Assembly: GCA_030324005.1 (NCBI GenBank)
Contig: JARDVH010000059.1
Location: 115,992,014-116,056,013 of the forward strand
Origin: Negaprion brevirostris
Lineage: Eukaryota
Length of the DNA stretch: 64,000 nt
Reading direction: 5' to 3'
Positions 1-62,269 of the stretch are shown here, in pieces; positions within the stretch are counted from its first letter, which is position 1, and every line of letters begins with the position of its first letter. The notes beneath the pieces are model-generated. The model did not search any database. It was given only the letters and a program-made list of their open reading frames with translations, and was not told where the DNA came from. The translations under genes and the position numbers were made by a program.

Positions 1-69
1 TCATCTGCAAACTTATTAACCATGCCTCCTAAATTCTCATCCAAATCATTAATATAAAATGACAACATT

Positions 70-1060
70 GTTATAGATTCAATCACTCCATCATCCACTT
101 CTACTTTCGGTTTAATTGCACAAGGCACAGTTCTTGCTTTCAAGTACCTCGGGATGCTACCAGGTTTGATATTAAGCTTTGCCTCCACTCCAGTCATGGA
201 TCCTAGTGTATTCTCAAACATCTTCCTACACTTCTCATAAGTTTTGGTAGCGTGTCCTTGGTGTGAATCAACTGGCTAACTGCTCCCCAGTTAAGATTGA
301 TTTTGTGTAACCATGCTCTTCCAAAGGGTGCAGGAAAATTTCCCTTTAAGTGCAGAGGCAATTCTGCGGGTGTGCCATTAACTTCTACTTGAACTATGAT
401 ACATCCCTTCAGTGGAAGTACTACCTTGCATAAGATCACAGGATTACATCTGAAGGTTTCAGTGGTAAGCATTTAAATTTCTGATCATGTTTTCTTGAGG
501 AAGTGATACAGTAGCTCCCGTGCTGGGCAGCATGGTGGCACAGTGGTTAGCACTGCAGCCTCACAGTGCTAGGGACCCCAGTTCAATTCCTGCCTCAGGT
601 CATTGTCTGTGTGGAGTTTGCACATTCTCCCATGTCTGCGTGGGTGCTCTGGTTTCCTCCAACAATTCAAAGGTGTGCGGGTTAAGATGATCGTGCCAGG
701 GGGATTGGTGGGGTGGATGTGTGGGGTTGTGGTCGGCACAGACTTGATGGGCTGAATGGCCTCCTTCTGCACCGTAGGGATTCTACATATCTACTCCCAT
801 CTTTACGCCTCCATCCAACTTTGAATAAACCCAGAATCTTTGTGTATTTCCTTTCACGGATAGGATTCCCAGTTTAAGTTCTTGGGCCTTTCCTAGACCA
901 GTATCATCTCAGAAATTTTCATCCTTTTCAGTTAATTTGGGAACCCTTTCTTTTAAGATCTTGATGTGTTCTTGAATTTTTATATCTTTGGGGTTGGAAG
1001 GTGTCCAACATGCCTCGACATTAAGCCACTATTCACTTGGCTATCAGTGCATGTGTGTGT
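70..1060 (-). mobile_element. Decayed Gypsy/Ty3 LTR retrotransposon gag-protease-RT fragment (K02A2.6-like), interrupted by a SINE
   Basis: ORF 203-472 LPLKGCIIVQVEVNG...LPLHLKGNFPAPFGRAWLHKINLNW, followed by LNIKPGSIPRYLKARTVPCAIKPKVE. Confidence 0.7.
525..787 (+). mobile_element. tRNA-derived shark SINE (HE1/V-SINE-like)
   Basis: ggtggcacagtggttagcactgc A-box, gttcaattcc B-box, gggtgctctggtttcctcc core. Confidence 0.85.
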
Positions 1061-2689
1061 GTGGATGGCAAATTAAGAGTAAGATCAGACTTTGTTCTGA
1101 TGACACTAATGGTCTATTTACCTGTCAGAACTCACCTTTAAATCCACAGAGTGCTGGAAGACAACCAGCATCCATGCTATCATGTCCTAGGAAGGAGTCA
1201 ATGTCTTAAGAGGGCAGAAAATTCACAAAAACTCTATTAACCCAAAAGTACTATCAGTATCGTCTTCAGTCAATTTTTAGCAACATACACTATCTTAGCT
1301 GGTATCATGCTGAGAACAGGAGTCAAAATTTTCTAATGATGATCCTGAAAGATGCCATCTAGTACCCATGTCTAGAACCACTTTACATCAGTAACATCAG
1401 GTTGTGTTGTCTTTGTGGATTAAGCTATTGCAGCCCTGTTATACTGTCTCCTTTGTGGAGACCATCAGTTAAACCAACAGCAAAGTCCACAGTTAATGGA
1501 GCGAAGACCATCATAGAACCATTTCAAATCAAGATTATCCTCTAGTCAATGGTGACAACAAAAATAGATGAAATCTTACCTGACTGCAGAAACTCATGGA
1601 ACCAGTCGCTACAACCATTCTGCGTTCTAACACAGCATTTGGAGTTCTCACATCTCAGTCCGCATTCAAGCAGAAAGGATTGGATTCATCATAAACACCA
1701 AGAAAACAAATAAAAATGATCACAGGAAACCACCAAATGTTAATTAGAACAACACTGACATTATGGAGCACTTCACCTCGTTGGACAGTTCAATTAATAT
1801 TCAGTGAGGCATAGACTAAAAGCTCAACCTGAGAATAGATTAAGCCTCATCAACTTTCAACTAGCTGGAAACAATTTAAAACAGTAAATAGCTTTCATTA
1901 AAAACAAAATTACTACTCTGCTTTGGCTGAACATGTTGATTGAATGCAAGATTTATCTGTATCAATGGCATTCATAAAGTAATTGTATCACTTATTTTTC
2001 CCTCTCCAATGTGCAGCACTTCACTTTTGGCCACATTACGTTCCAACTGCCAACGTTCTGTCCATTTATATGTTTAGCGCAACTTATTTTCTAATTCTCA
2101 CGTGAGTGGTCAAGGTTAGTAAAGTCTGCAAATCAGTTTAATAAAATCTGTAAATTCGGTAAGTTAGTATTGTGCCTCAAAATGTAAGTTAATGCATATG
2201 AAAACCATTCAACACTGAGGCACTTCATTCAGCACTTCCCCTGTTCCATTACTTGATGTAAATCCTCTATTGTAAACCTTCCTACCCTGACATTTTACCC
2301 AGGAGTCTGCGACTTTAAATGCAACACAGAAGTCTTACATTTAAAACTTGAGAAAAATCATTTTTGCAAATCTACACCACATCTATTTCAGGAAGGTTGG
2401 GCTCAATTCCCCCCCTTCCAGGTCTATGTTGACTAGGCTACCTTAAAATTGGTGCCTGATACTGGTTTCTCTTGTAGCTGGTTTTGAGAGAAATAGTTTG
2501 CTCTTTTGTTGCTCGTATCTGTTTTGTTTCTCAACAGGGTTTGCAGAATGGCTATTAATGATGTAGCTTTCAAAACATGGTAGAGTCTCAAACTGAACCT
2601 TCCCAGCATCATAAAGAAAACTCCATTAAACTGCAAAATGATTTTGCGAGGCATCTGATGCTGAATAATATAAACAAATACCAAAGTGA

Positions 2690-4655
2690 GGAACACATAG
2701 GACATCTCTTTATTAGTATTTTCTGAATTTAACTGAAATTTTTTGACATTGATGTTTTTTCAAAAAGTGAAAAATTGCACCAGTTTTCTAAGGATTAAGG
2801 CTAAAATGATATTTTTCTTCACACATGAACACAAACTTAAACCATAGTTGTTGCAGTGTAGAATACAACACTGCTAAAAATGTAAGTGACACAGTAGCTT
2901 TAATATTGCTCATAAATATCTGTTTTTCAGGAATTACTGTTAAATAGACACTGCAACCAGGTTATGAGTGTAGTACAGACTTTAATTACATCACTGCCAT
3001 TATAGGTTAAGATAATGTTTTTTCTGTTCGTAAACAATTTCAGGAATACTAGGTTTTAATATTCAATTATTGCTGTTCCAAAAACTGAAAAACACTGAAG
3101 TACTGCGAAGTATTACAGTGTAAGAATGGTATAAGCTATTTGTTGCATAATTCACCAAATGGTAAAGCTAATCAGATGTCCCAAATGAAATAATTAAAAT
3201 CTTTTGTCTACAAATGCAACATACTTTCACTTATAAAATAGCCCAGTAAGCCCTTTTGTTTAAAACTACATAATAAATCGAGCGCTCTGCGAGGCCCATT
3301 GCACAAATTAAAACACACAATAACAAAAGGCAAAGCAGGTTGCATACATTTACATTAAAGACTTGCACACATGGTTAGTGTTACAGTATTTCAGGTGAAC
3401 AATTCTCTTCAATGGACATTGCATTTTCAACTATTTTTGAGACTAATTTCCAGATTTTTTGATGAGGTTACACACAAATAATTAGCATTAGTTTCTGTTG
3501 TTCCCTTCCTGTACAATGCTCTCACGAGTGTCCTTTTAGTGTTCAGACATGTACATGATTGTAATGAGTAATTCTGNNNNNNNNNNNNNNNNNNNNNNNN
3601 NNNNNNNNNNNNNNNNNNNNNNNNNNNNNNNNNNNNNNNNNNNNNNNNNNNNNNNNNNNNNNNNNNNNNNNNNNNNTTGTAATGATTAATTCTGTTTATT
3701 TTCTACTTAGCGTGATTAACTTTTCAAGAAAACACTAATCATGGAATAGTGTTTTGACGGTTGAAGTTAAATAGCTGGGCACTTGCATATTAAGAAAAAC
3801 CATACACTTGTTCAACGGTAGTTAGCTATAAGTATAATCACAGATTAACTTAAGTCTTTTTTTTGTTTCCTATGTCTTTCCCCCCGGCCCCTGGAAACAT
3901 TCAAGTTCCAAACAGCAAATCAAAACGACAAGAATGTTACTTCCTACCATGATAAAATATCTTATAAAAAATAATTTTAAACCTTGGGTACAACAAAGCA
4001 TACAATTTGAATAAACATTAGTTTTAAACAGATACTACTGTGGAAAGTACTCCTTAGTCCGTTTGTTTAACTGAATTTTAAACAAGTTAACTGTAGCTCA
4101 TAAATGCCAAGGCACCACCATTATTAGTTGGTGAATATGTGCTCCTTTCACATAAAAGATAGGAGCACTTTCATATTTTAATATTCAAATACAATAACCA
4201 TTGGATGGTTCAAGTATCTCATGTAACAAAGCAACTAAGTCTTACCTCTTCAGATGAAAAACTGCATGCTATTTTACTGGCTGAAGATCAATACACAGGT
4301 CAGGGCTATTGCAACTTACATGATTAATTGTACAGCAATGCAAAAGTAAAAAAGAAATTTAGTGCAAAACTTCCCCTTCCAAAAAGAACTCAAATTTAGC
4401 GAGCACCAGGTGAACATGAAGCTGCTGCCTGATTTAACCTGTATCAAACAGAACAGCCACGGTTAAGTGGTTTGGTTAAAGAGAATGATCCATCTGCCAT
4501 TTCAAACCATGGCGTCCTTGTTGCCACTTCACGACAATGTCCAAGTATTGGCTGCAAAAGCAGAATAATGGGCAGTTTGAAATCTGCATGTCATTCTATC
4601 CTGCAGATCTGGTCATATTTACTGAACAGTGGTAACATCAGTGCTCATCTTCAGC
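2690..4655 (-). other. Probable 3'UTR (end uncertain)
   Basis: AT-rich, repeat-poor sequence after the stop codon; minus-strand AATAAA candidates at 3695-3700 and 2709-2714. Confidence 0.45.
4360..4367 (-). promoter_or_regulatory. miR-130/301-family 8mer seed match (UUGCACUA) in the 3'UTR
   Basis: Plus-strand tagtgcaa reads TTGCACTA in the transcript, ~290 nt after the stop codon. Confidence 0.4.
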
Positions 4656-52541
<47,886 letters not shown>

Positions 52542-53289
52542 CAGGAAAAAGATGCTGCAAAACAAAGACAGGCTCGTTTAGATGGGACATCATATTTTAT
52601 TCTCTCCATTCTTCTCAGGTTTCCTGGAGCAAAACTACATTTGTTAGCCACCATGTCACCCTGCTGTTGTAGCTTTTGCCAATTGCACTGGACTGACTAT
52701 ACAGGGATGCATCAGAGTTATTCTGTGCAGTTCACTGAATTTCCAACATGGTCCCAACTCAGCACTTGCCTGCCTTGCTCAAGTACAGAGCTGCATGGAT
52801 CGGGTCACAGATGTTTAAATGCCTCCCAGCACAAGGTTGATGTTCTGCCATGCACAATTACCTGTTAGTGAATGACTCTTCTTATCTAAATATCCAGCAC
52901 AGATTGAGATTTATGTTGACTGAAACGTTCAGATGTTTCTAGGAATTAACTTCTTAGATACAAGAACATATATTTATAAAGCACCTTTAACATAATGAAC
53001 CATCCCAAGGCACTTCACTGAAACATTACAAAACACAATTTGAGCCACATAACGAGAATTAGACGAGCCGGCCAAAATCTTGGATGAAGAAATCAGTTTT
53101 AAGGAATGTCTTAAAGAGGCACTCGAGGTAATGTTGCAGGAGTAGAAATAGAAGCCATTCCGATTAAATAGATAATAATGTAACCAGGTGAGAGCAGTTC
53201 CATTAAGCTGAACAACAGTGAAGAGGCCTTGGACTGAAGGGAGCAGAGACAATGGGAATGACAAGAATGATAGCGAATAATGGTTTTAT

Positions 53290-54300
53290 TGAGGATGAGA
53301 ACATTGACCTTTACAATCTATCAAGACTGAAAGCAAAGATAAAAACATACTGTATCCTGATCAGGGAACTCCTCTCCCCTCACGATGTTACACTAACCGC
53401 CTACATGACAATTCAACTACAAAATTTCAAGGATTGTCTCATACATGCCTGTAACTTGTTGTCCCTAACAGTGTCAAGAAAACTGTAGTCATGGGACAAG
53501 CTTGCATTTCTGCCCCTGATCATACTAAATATTACATTACTCAAGATGGTTAGCAAATTCTGTTGCCTCAGGTACACAGTGACAATCTGTCATTTGATGC
53601 CAAGCTTGATTCGCACATGGGAAAGCAGCAACATTGGTCAACTCTTGAAATGCTAAACTGACCTTTAGGACCAAGCTGATGGTTTGTAAGGCCTGTGTAA
53701 TCAGCAACTTGTATGTCTGTGAAATATAGGTGATATATCAGAAAAAGTTCAATAATTTCCTCTTCACTACCTCTGCTGGAGTATGAGTGTATCCCGGTAG
53801 GACGGAACCATGAAGGCACTCGTCCTTTCAAAGTCAGAGCTCCCAAACACGTGGCACTCATCAAACAGAGGGGACTTTGGTGGCTCAGGATAAAAGATGG
53901 GCATATACTCAAGGGCCTTCTGTACAGTGAGGTAGCTGGAGCCAGATGACCAGTGGGACACCCATTCAAGAATGCTTGCAAGCATGACATGAACACTGTA
54001 AACATCAGCTATCACACTGGGAGTCAATAACTGACAAACAAGAGAAATGGCAACATCTCTCATGAGCTGGCAATCAATGTCATGATGACCGCTAGCTACT
54101 GCAGCTTAGCAACAGGCACCAATGCTGAAAACAACCCACACCACCACTTGGCAGATTCACATGTGACACTTATGGCTGAACCTATCTCAAGGATTGGCCT
54201 ATTCGCCCAATAGCAAAGGGTCACCAAAGATACTCCACCTAAATGGATTATTTGCTGCTTGCCCAGCATCTCTCATTGTTGGGAGGATGCTAACTCAACA
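53290..54300 (+). mobile_element. RTE-clade LINE RT/C-terminal fragment
   Basis: LYNLSRLKAKIKT...IRELLSPHDVTL (degenerate IRELLFADD). Confidence 0.75.
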
Positions 54301-56696
54301 CCCAGGATTTCAAAGGTGGAGGCTGATTGGCAGGAATAAATTGTCCCTAAATCAGATTCCCTCAATCTGGATGGCCANNNNNNNNNNNNNNNCTGGTGGT
54401 GTTGAGATGGCGGCGCGGGCATGTTGGGCCGAAGGGCCTGTTTCCCGGACTGATTTTGTTCTTTGAGAGTGTGATGGAGTAAATCAGTAGCTGCTGAAAT
54501 GCAGTGGATGGAGATGGTCAAAGGCCAAACAGCTGACATTCTGAGACTGCAGTTGTAAAACTTGGAAAGGGGAAAAACTACAGCAGTGTTCGGAAAGAGA
54601 AGGCTAGTGGGACTAAGTGTATAACTCCCTCAAAGAGCTGGCACCACATGATTGGTCTCCTTTAATGCTGTATATTTCTGGTTCAGATGACACCGTTATT
54701 TGAATACTATTGTAACTCAGGTTCCAGAAAGATGCATTGCCACTTAAGTAAAATACTTATCTACTATTTAACAAAACCAACTGAGCACAAGTAGAAAAAA
54801 AGGCTCACCTATTTTGAGACAGACAGCATGTAACTAACAAAAGTTTATGACTTTTAGTAATTGTATGTTTATAGTTCAGTTTCTAACCTAAAATGGGCTA
54901 AGATATTAAAATTAAACACATTTCATGTGATAATGAATGTATGCCTAAAAGGAATATGCTGGTGAATTGCTTCGGGAGCCAAAAATAAGAGCAAATAGCG
55001 ACACCCAATCATTTTATCAACATGTCCTGACTAATGGATGCTACCATTCCTTTCTTCCGACTAAAACACTCAGCGTTTTGCTCACTGAACACTCACTATC
55101 CTTCAAAGATAATTGCATTCAAATGAGATCTTCTTATCAACAAACACAGGGACTTAAACAATGGCATTGCAAATCAACCCACGCTGCATAAATCTTTCCA
55201 TTATGGCATCTATTACATTTCCAGTTTTATGTTCAATACTGTCCTTCATTGCAGACTTAGCAGATGGTCTCCATGGATGGACCTCATGCCTCACTCACTG
55301 TACAACCAAGCTGATGTGTAAATGTTGTGCTCAAACTAGGTACCCTCATCACAAAGCCCTGGTTACTTGAATAGATCACAGCCACCATGATGATCTCATT
55401 TTTCAGTAGCTGGAAGAATATACCATCAGACATTGCAGTTGGTACAAACTTGATTTGTAACCATCCTGGAATGTCAAAACAAACAGACACTGTCCTACAC
55501 ACGAACTTTGAATGAAACCAGCCCTGAATGTGGTTTATCTGCTGCAGTGGAGCCTCGGACTAACACCACTGTGGTTGGCTCCAGACAAAAGAGGTTCTTT
55601 TGTGCAATGTTTACCAAGGTGTAGTTCTTTTGAAGCTATCACTGGCTGTTTATATTGCGTTTTTAATATAGATAAAGATCCCAAGGCACTTCAGAAGCAT
55701 TAAAAAAAACAACACTGAGCCAAAGAAAGAGATATTAGCAGATCAAAAGTTTGGTCAAACAGACAGATTTAAAAGGAAGTGGAGGGACAGAGGTTTGTGT
55801 GCAGAATTTCAAAGCATGGGCCCATAGGCCATTGGCAGTGGATTGAGGGAATTGTGGATACAGAGTCAGAAGAACACAGAGCTCTGTGGCAACTGCAAGC
55901 TACAGACATTGTGCTCAGCCTGAAACAGTGCAAGTAAGAGAATGAAATTGGTCACAATGCTAAGGAATTTACGCATGGGTCAAAGATTGGACTTATTCAA
56001 ACATGGGGCTGCAGAAAGATGGTAGGCGATACATCCAACAATTTGAGCAGAAAAAGGTCAGAGATGGGGTGCTAATTTACAAAAACAGGAGTTTCAAATT
56101 GGATCTTTTGTGCAGAATGATGGCAATACCTATGTTATAGGAACCATTTATAATGTCGGCCAGCATGGAGGTATGAGGAAGAGAAGTTGAATGGTCAGCA
56201 TCTTAGTGAGAATGAGCGTTAAAAAATATGAAGTAGACCTCATATTAAATATGAGCCTGTAGAGAACATGAAGGGAGACAGGTGAGGGGTGCATGAGAAA
56301 GCCTGGGGCATGCTTAGTTTAATGGATAAGGAAAATACAGTAGGTGCAACTAAATGGATAGCTAATGACAAAGAAGTCTATGAGTTTCTTGTCCTTGCTG
56401 TTGAGTGAGGTAGAGCAGACAGCAATGCGGTATAAGATGACAAATGGAAACAGAGGAAATAAGTTGTATGTTATTTATTCTCTAGGATGATCCTACAGAA
56501 CCATATTTCTTTAGGAGAGAGCCAGGGCCATGACGTGACCAGCAGTTCTGACGGTGGATGGCTTAATCTGTTGTGCAGCCAATAAGTCAGAGTCTATGCC
56601 CCTTAGGCCTTGAGTGTCGGTCTAGGTCATACTGGAAGGGACAGCCCTTACAGAGCTATCAAAAGTCGGAACCCTGGTTGATTTTACCCTTACTAA

Positions 56697-57310
56697 CTGG
56701 GCCTTGGCACCTCCCTCTGTGACTGGATCCGGAACTTCCTAACTCGCAGACCACAATCATATGGATAAACAACAACATGATCATCTTCAACACCGGTGCC
56801 CCACTAGGCTGTGTTAGAACATAGAACATAGAACATTACAGCGCAGAACAGGCCCTTCGGCCCACGATGTTGCGCCGACCAGCTTTNNNNNNNNNNNNNN
56901 NNNNNNNNNNNNNNNNNNNNNNNNNNNNNNNNNNNNNNNNNNNNNNNNNNNNNNNNNNNNNNNNNNNNNNNNNNNNNNNNNNNNNNNNNNNNNNCCTAAT
57001 GTCAACAAAACAAGGGAGATTATCGTTGACTTCAGAAAGCGTGAAAAAGAACATGTCCCTGTCTACATCAATGGGGATGAAGCAGAAAGGGATGAACATC
57101 AGGTTTTTAGGATCCAAATCATCAACAACCTATTGTTAAGAAAACCCGCCATGCATCTACTTTCTCAGAAAACTAAGAAAATTTGGCATGTCAGCTACAA
57201 CTCTCACAAACTTTTACAGATGCACCATAGAAAGCATTATTTCTGGTTGTATCACAGCTTGATACGGCTCCTGCTCTGCCCAAGACCGCAAGGAACTACA
57301 AAAGGTCTAA
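56697..57310 (+). mobile_element. Rex1/Babar-like LINE RT fragment
   Basis: SLCDWIRNFLTRRPQ; NTGAPLGCV; NVNKTREIIVDFRK...VYINGDE. Confidence 0.7.
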
Positions 57311-57909
57311 ATGGCATTTTAGACAACTTTGACTCCCTTGTTTTCTGGAACTCTAGAAATAAAGGCCGGTATTCCATCAGCACTTTTCATTATTTTCTTG
57401 ATCTATTTTAATGATCTATGTACCTAGACCCCAGGTTGGAGCAGGACATTTAGAAAATCATACTATCAGGCTGGGTCAACATGGTATTTTGCGACAAATC
57501 ATGTTTGATAAATTTTTGGTTGACAAGGAGAGTTTCAGGTTATGGCGAGAACAGGCTACAACCAGATCCTGGGGCAAGCAGGAAAGGCCATAACCAGATC
57601 AGTCAGGTTTGAGTGACTGAATAGCCTACTCCTATTTCTAATGTTAAGAACATAAGAAATAGGNNNNNNNNNNNNNNNNNNNNNNNNNNNNNNNNNNNNN
57701 NNNNNNNNNNNNNNNNNNNNNNNNNNNNNNNNNNNNNNNNNNNNNNNNNNNNNNNNNNNNNNNAAGTGCGGCGACCAAAACTGCACACAGTACTCCAGCT
57801 GCGGCCTCACCAGTGCGCTGTACAGTTGCAGCAAGATTGTTGTTCTGGATTATTGTTGCTCTGGATTGCTCCTTGTCTTATGTGGTAAATATGGAAGAGG
57901 AAAAGCCTT

Positions 57910-58500
57910 AGATCACAGGAATGATATAGATGGGCTGGTCAGGTGGAAAGAATAGTGCCAAATGGAACTTAACCCTGAAAAGTGAGGTGATGCATTTTGG
58001 GAGGACGAACAAAGCAAGGTAATACACAATCAACGGTAGGACACTAGGTAGTACAGAGGACCGGAGCAACGTTGGTGTACATGTCCATAGAACCCTGAAG
58101 GCAGCAGGACAGGCAGATAAGGTGGTTAAGACGACATATGGAATTCTTGCTTTTATTAGCTGATGCATGGAGTTTAAGACCAGGGAGGTTATGATGGAAC
58201 TGCACAAAATGCTTATTAGTTCACAGCTAGAGTACTGTGTCTAATTCTGGTCGCCACACTTCAGGAAGGATGTGGTTGGACAGGAGATTCACTATGGATC
58301 GGCTGAGGCTGTTTTCCTTACAGCAGAGAAAACTGTGGAACCCTCACACTATTTAAGAAGCATTTAGATGAGGACTTGGAACGCCAAAGCATATAAGGCT
58401 AAGTTCTGGAAAATGGAATGAGAATAGATAGGTGCTTGATGGCAGACACACAATGGGCCAAAAGACCTCTATTTCTGTTGTAAACTCTATGACTCCATGA
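57910..58500 (+). mobile_element. CR1/L2-type LINE 3' fragment
   Basis: gaggtgatgcattttgggaggacgaac...cagctagagtactgtgt. Confidence 0.8.
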
Positions 58501-60626
58501 TGCAATGAGCATGTCCCCTAAATATCTCCTTCCTGGCATGTATCCACCTGGTTCAACTTAGTCCCAGAACAGATCCAGCAATGCTATGTTCTTTACTGGA
58601 CTGGAAGGATACTAATGTAGAAAATTCTTCTGAACATACTCTAGAAACTCTTTTCTCTCTCTGCCCTTTCCACTATTACTGTCCTGGTAAGATAATATAG
58701 AAAATAGAAGCAGCAGTAGGCCATTTGGCCCACTATTCATTTTGATCATCAAATTTGATAGTCTGATCCCACTTTCCCTCCATGTCCTTTGATCCCTTTA
58801 GCCAAGAGCTGTATCTAATTTCCGTGCAGGACTTTGTCAAAAGCCTTACTGAATTCCATGTAAACAACATTAGCTGCACTGTCCTCATCTTAACCTCTCA
58901 TCACCTCCTCGAAAAATTCAAGCAAATTTGTTAGACATGGTCTCCACTGTCAAAGCTACGCTATTTATCCTTGACTAACATTTGCCTCTCCAAGTAGAGA
59001 TCAATTCCGTCTTTCAGAATTGTTTCCAATCATTTCTCTACACTGATTTTAGACTCTCTGGCCTGTGTTTTCTTCCTACTTTTCACGAATAACGGTACTA
59101 CATTAGCTGTGTTCCAATCATTTGACATCTCTCCTATAATTGAAAATTGTCAAAGTCTTTGCAATCTCCTCCCTTGCCTCACACAGCAGTCTGAATACAT
59201 CTCCTTTGGGTGTGAGGATTAATTCACTGCTATATCTGGTGAAACCACTAAAATCTTCACACTCTGAATGCTAATCTCTTCAATTCGATAACCGTCCTCC
59301 TCTTTTTTCTATAGCTACATCCTTTCCTCCATTGTGAAACTGAAGCCCCCCATTTTAACCACTAATTCCTGCACCTCTGTATGGTTTCCTTGGCAAGGAT
59401 GAAATCACATCTTAGTAGCTGTTTTGCATTTCTCCTTTTCAAATACTATGTTGTATGTGATCATATTATGATTGCTATTAGACAAATGTCCATACACCAT
59501 TATGCTGTAAACTAAATCTGGCTCTTTACTAAATTGAACATGACATATCCCCTAGTTGGCTCTCAGGCATGTTGTATAACACGATCCCAGACCAACTCAA
59601 AAAACCCACTACCGCCCTGACGTGCTAGTCTGCTCATCCCAATTTACAGGCAAAGTAAAATGGTCTCATTCAAACCATCAATTCTGATGAAATGCCAATA
59701 ACCTGTAACATGAACTATTCCGCGCTCCATGCCTGACCTGAGTAATTTCAGCATTTTCACGTTTTTATTCCATTGAAACCACTCTTCCATTAGGAGATGC
59801 TAGTCTAATCCCTGCATTTATATAATCTACCATTTAATAACTGCCACCAGGGGTCTTGTACACAACACTCTTCAATTCTTTTCTATGTAATTTTACCCAA
59901 TATCACTTATCATTGAGGTGATTTCAATGAAGCTACATCCAACCTCTACCATATTTCCCTTCTGTTTCCAGGATTGATCACCTTGCAACAGTGACTCAAT
60001 AATGGCTACCATACCATACCTTCCAAATTGAATTTGCACCTGAACTCATCCAATTTACTTCTTATACTCTGTCCACTTGTATAAGAACTGGGTCTGAGTA
60101 AAAGACCCTAGTCTGCCCATCATTTCTCATGGTTTAATCACTTTCCTTATTTCACTCCTCTGGTTTAACCACTTCACATCTTGGATTTTCCTTTTACATC
60201 AATAGACCAAATCTCAATTTCTGACTGTTATTCTGCTTTTATCCCTTCAGTGTCCACAGAAGTTCAACATGAGAAACAGCCTGTTCTTTTTAGTTTACAT
60301 GACAACACAACAGGTAGCTACTGTCCTACCCCTCACAGTGTGCATCGTTAATAGAAAAATATACAACTGGATCAGGTGCCAGTTTTTCCACAAACAACTG
60401 GAACAATTTCAGTTCCGCTTCAATACAATGCCTGGCTTCCTGTGTACATCTTCAAAGGGTCTTCTCTTGCCTTTGAATCACAATTTTACAATACAGCACA
60501 AATAAGCCATCATGCTTCTGAGTCAGAATGATACAGGTTCAAGTAACACCTTGAGCACATAATCTGGACTGGCACATCAGTGCAGTACTGAGGAAGTGCT
60601 GCATTTGTTGGCAGCGTCTTTTAGTG

Positions 60627-61881
60627 ATCATCCATTCTGCCAGAGAACATACATGCACACTTTCAACATCTGGAACATCTATTTCAATCAAAAGTATCAG
60701 CTTTATCTCAGTGGTGGCACACTCACCTAAATAAGAAAACCCAGGGTTTAAGTCTCACTTAAGCACAAAATCAATGCTGACACCTAAGAAGTGAGGCAAT
60801 GCATTTCGGTCGAAGAAATAGGGAGATTCAACATAGACTCAATGGTAGTTCTCAAGGGACAAAGGGAGCAGAAGGTTCATGTGTACAGATCTTTGAAGGT
60901 GGCAGGACACACGGAAGTGTGGTTAGCAAAACATTTAGGATCTTGGGCTTTATAAATAGAGGCTTTGAGCATAAAAGCAGGGAAGTTATGCTGAATCTTT
61001 ATTTAGATCTGGTTAGACCACAACTAACCATATTGCTTCCAGTTGCGGGCAGCACACTTGAGGAAGGATGTGAAAGCCCTTGATAGGATTTACCAGAATG
61101 GTTCCAGGGATGAGAGAATTTAGCTATAAAGTTAACTTCTTGTTTTCCCTTGAGGAAACAAGATCGTGGGGACATTTGATCGAGGTGTGCAAGACGACAG
61201 ATTTCGATAAGGTGGGCAAAAAACAAAAAGTGTTGGCAATATTAGCTGATCATACAACAGCTAGGCACACAGGTATAAGGCATTGGACAAGACATGAGGA
61301 AGATATGAGGAACACAATGAGTGGCAATGACTTGGAACATGTTGCCTACGAGGATGATGGATGTAGGGATGATCAATGATTTTAAAATAAAAATTGGATT
61401 GGCATTTGAGGGAATAAACTTGCAACACTACTAAGATGGATTGCTCAACTGAGAGTCAGCATGAACTCAATGGGCTGAATAGCCTCGTGCCCGAGGAAGA
61501 CTTCCAAGATGATCAGCTTTTAAGCAAGCATAGAGTCAAAACAGTTTCAACCAAAAAAGAACAATGGCTTTGGTTTTGCTAATATTTAAATGGAGCTCAT
61601 TGGGAACTGGATGTATGATAACATCTTGACAACACAGAGGAAAGCAGCATTTGACGGATGCGATGATAAATAGTCAGGATACACTTCTAAATCTACACTA
61701 TGAGATGATGCCACAGAGAAGCAGCATGTGGATGGGAAATAGGTGGATCATCCGTTCAGCCAGAGAACAGGTACGTACGCTTTCAACATCTGAAACATCT
61801 ATTTCATTCAAAAACGTCAGCCTTCTCTCAATGATGGCACACTCACCTAAATAAGAAAACTGAGGCTTAAGTCTCTCTTAA
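60627..61881. repeat. Local ~140-bp duplication (60627-60763 / 61746-61881)
   Basis: gatcatcc.ttc.gccagagaaca...ggcacactcacctaaataagaaaac...cttaag in both. Confidence 0.85.
60790..61490 (+). mobile_element. CR1/L2-type LINE 3' fragment
   Basis: MHFGRRN...ILGFINRGFEHKSREVMLNLYLDLVRPQL. Confidence 0.85.
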
Positions 61882-61892
61882 GATCTTAAACC

Positions 61893-62264
61893 TGAATCCT
61901 ACAATGCAGAAGGAGGCCATTCAGCCAATTAAGTCTGCACTGACCACAGTTTCATCCAGGCTTATCCCCATAACTCCATGCAATTATCCTACCTAGTCCC
62001 CCTGACACTAAGGGGCAATTCAGCATGGCCAATNNNNNNNNNNNNNNNNNNNNNNNNNNNNNNNNNNNNNNNNNNNNNNNNNNNNNNNNNNNNNNNNNNN
62101 NNNNNNNNNNNNNNNNNNNNNNNNNNNNNNNNNTTGAACTGTGGGAGGAAACCCATGCAGACACGGAGAACATGTAAACTCTATCCAGACAATAACCCAA
62201 GCCAGGAACTGAACCTGGGTCCCTGGTGCTGTGAGGCAGCAATGCTAACCACTATGCCACCGTA
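61893..62264 (-). mobile_element. HE1/V-SINE-like SINE
   Basis: Reverse-complement SINE consensus with internal gap. Confidence 0.85.
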
Positions 62265-62269
62265 CCACC

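Noticed and set aside
525-600. tRNA-like A/B boxes at many positions
   Set aside because: These are SINE heads, not tRNA genes.
3559-3694. Direct repeat ttgtaatga(g/t)taattctg on both sides of a 100-N gap
   Set aside because: Typical contig-overlap artefact; the same is seen at 26790-26950.
54800-54880. Minus-strand AG|GTGAG donor as an alternative signal-peptide exon
   Set aside because: The phase-1 frame has a stop and no suitable ATG; 52475-52541 fits far better. It could still be a UTR exon, but there is no evidence.
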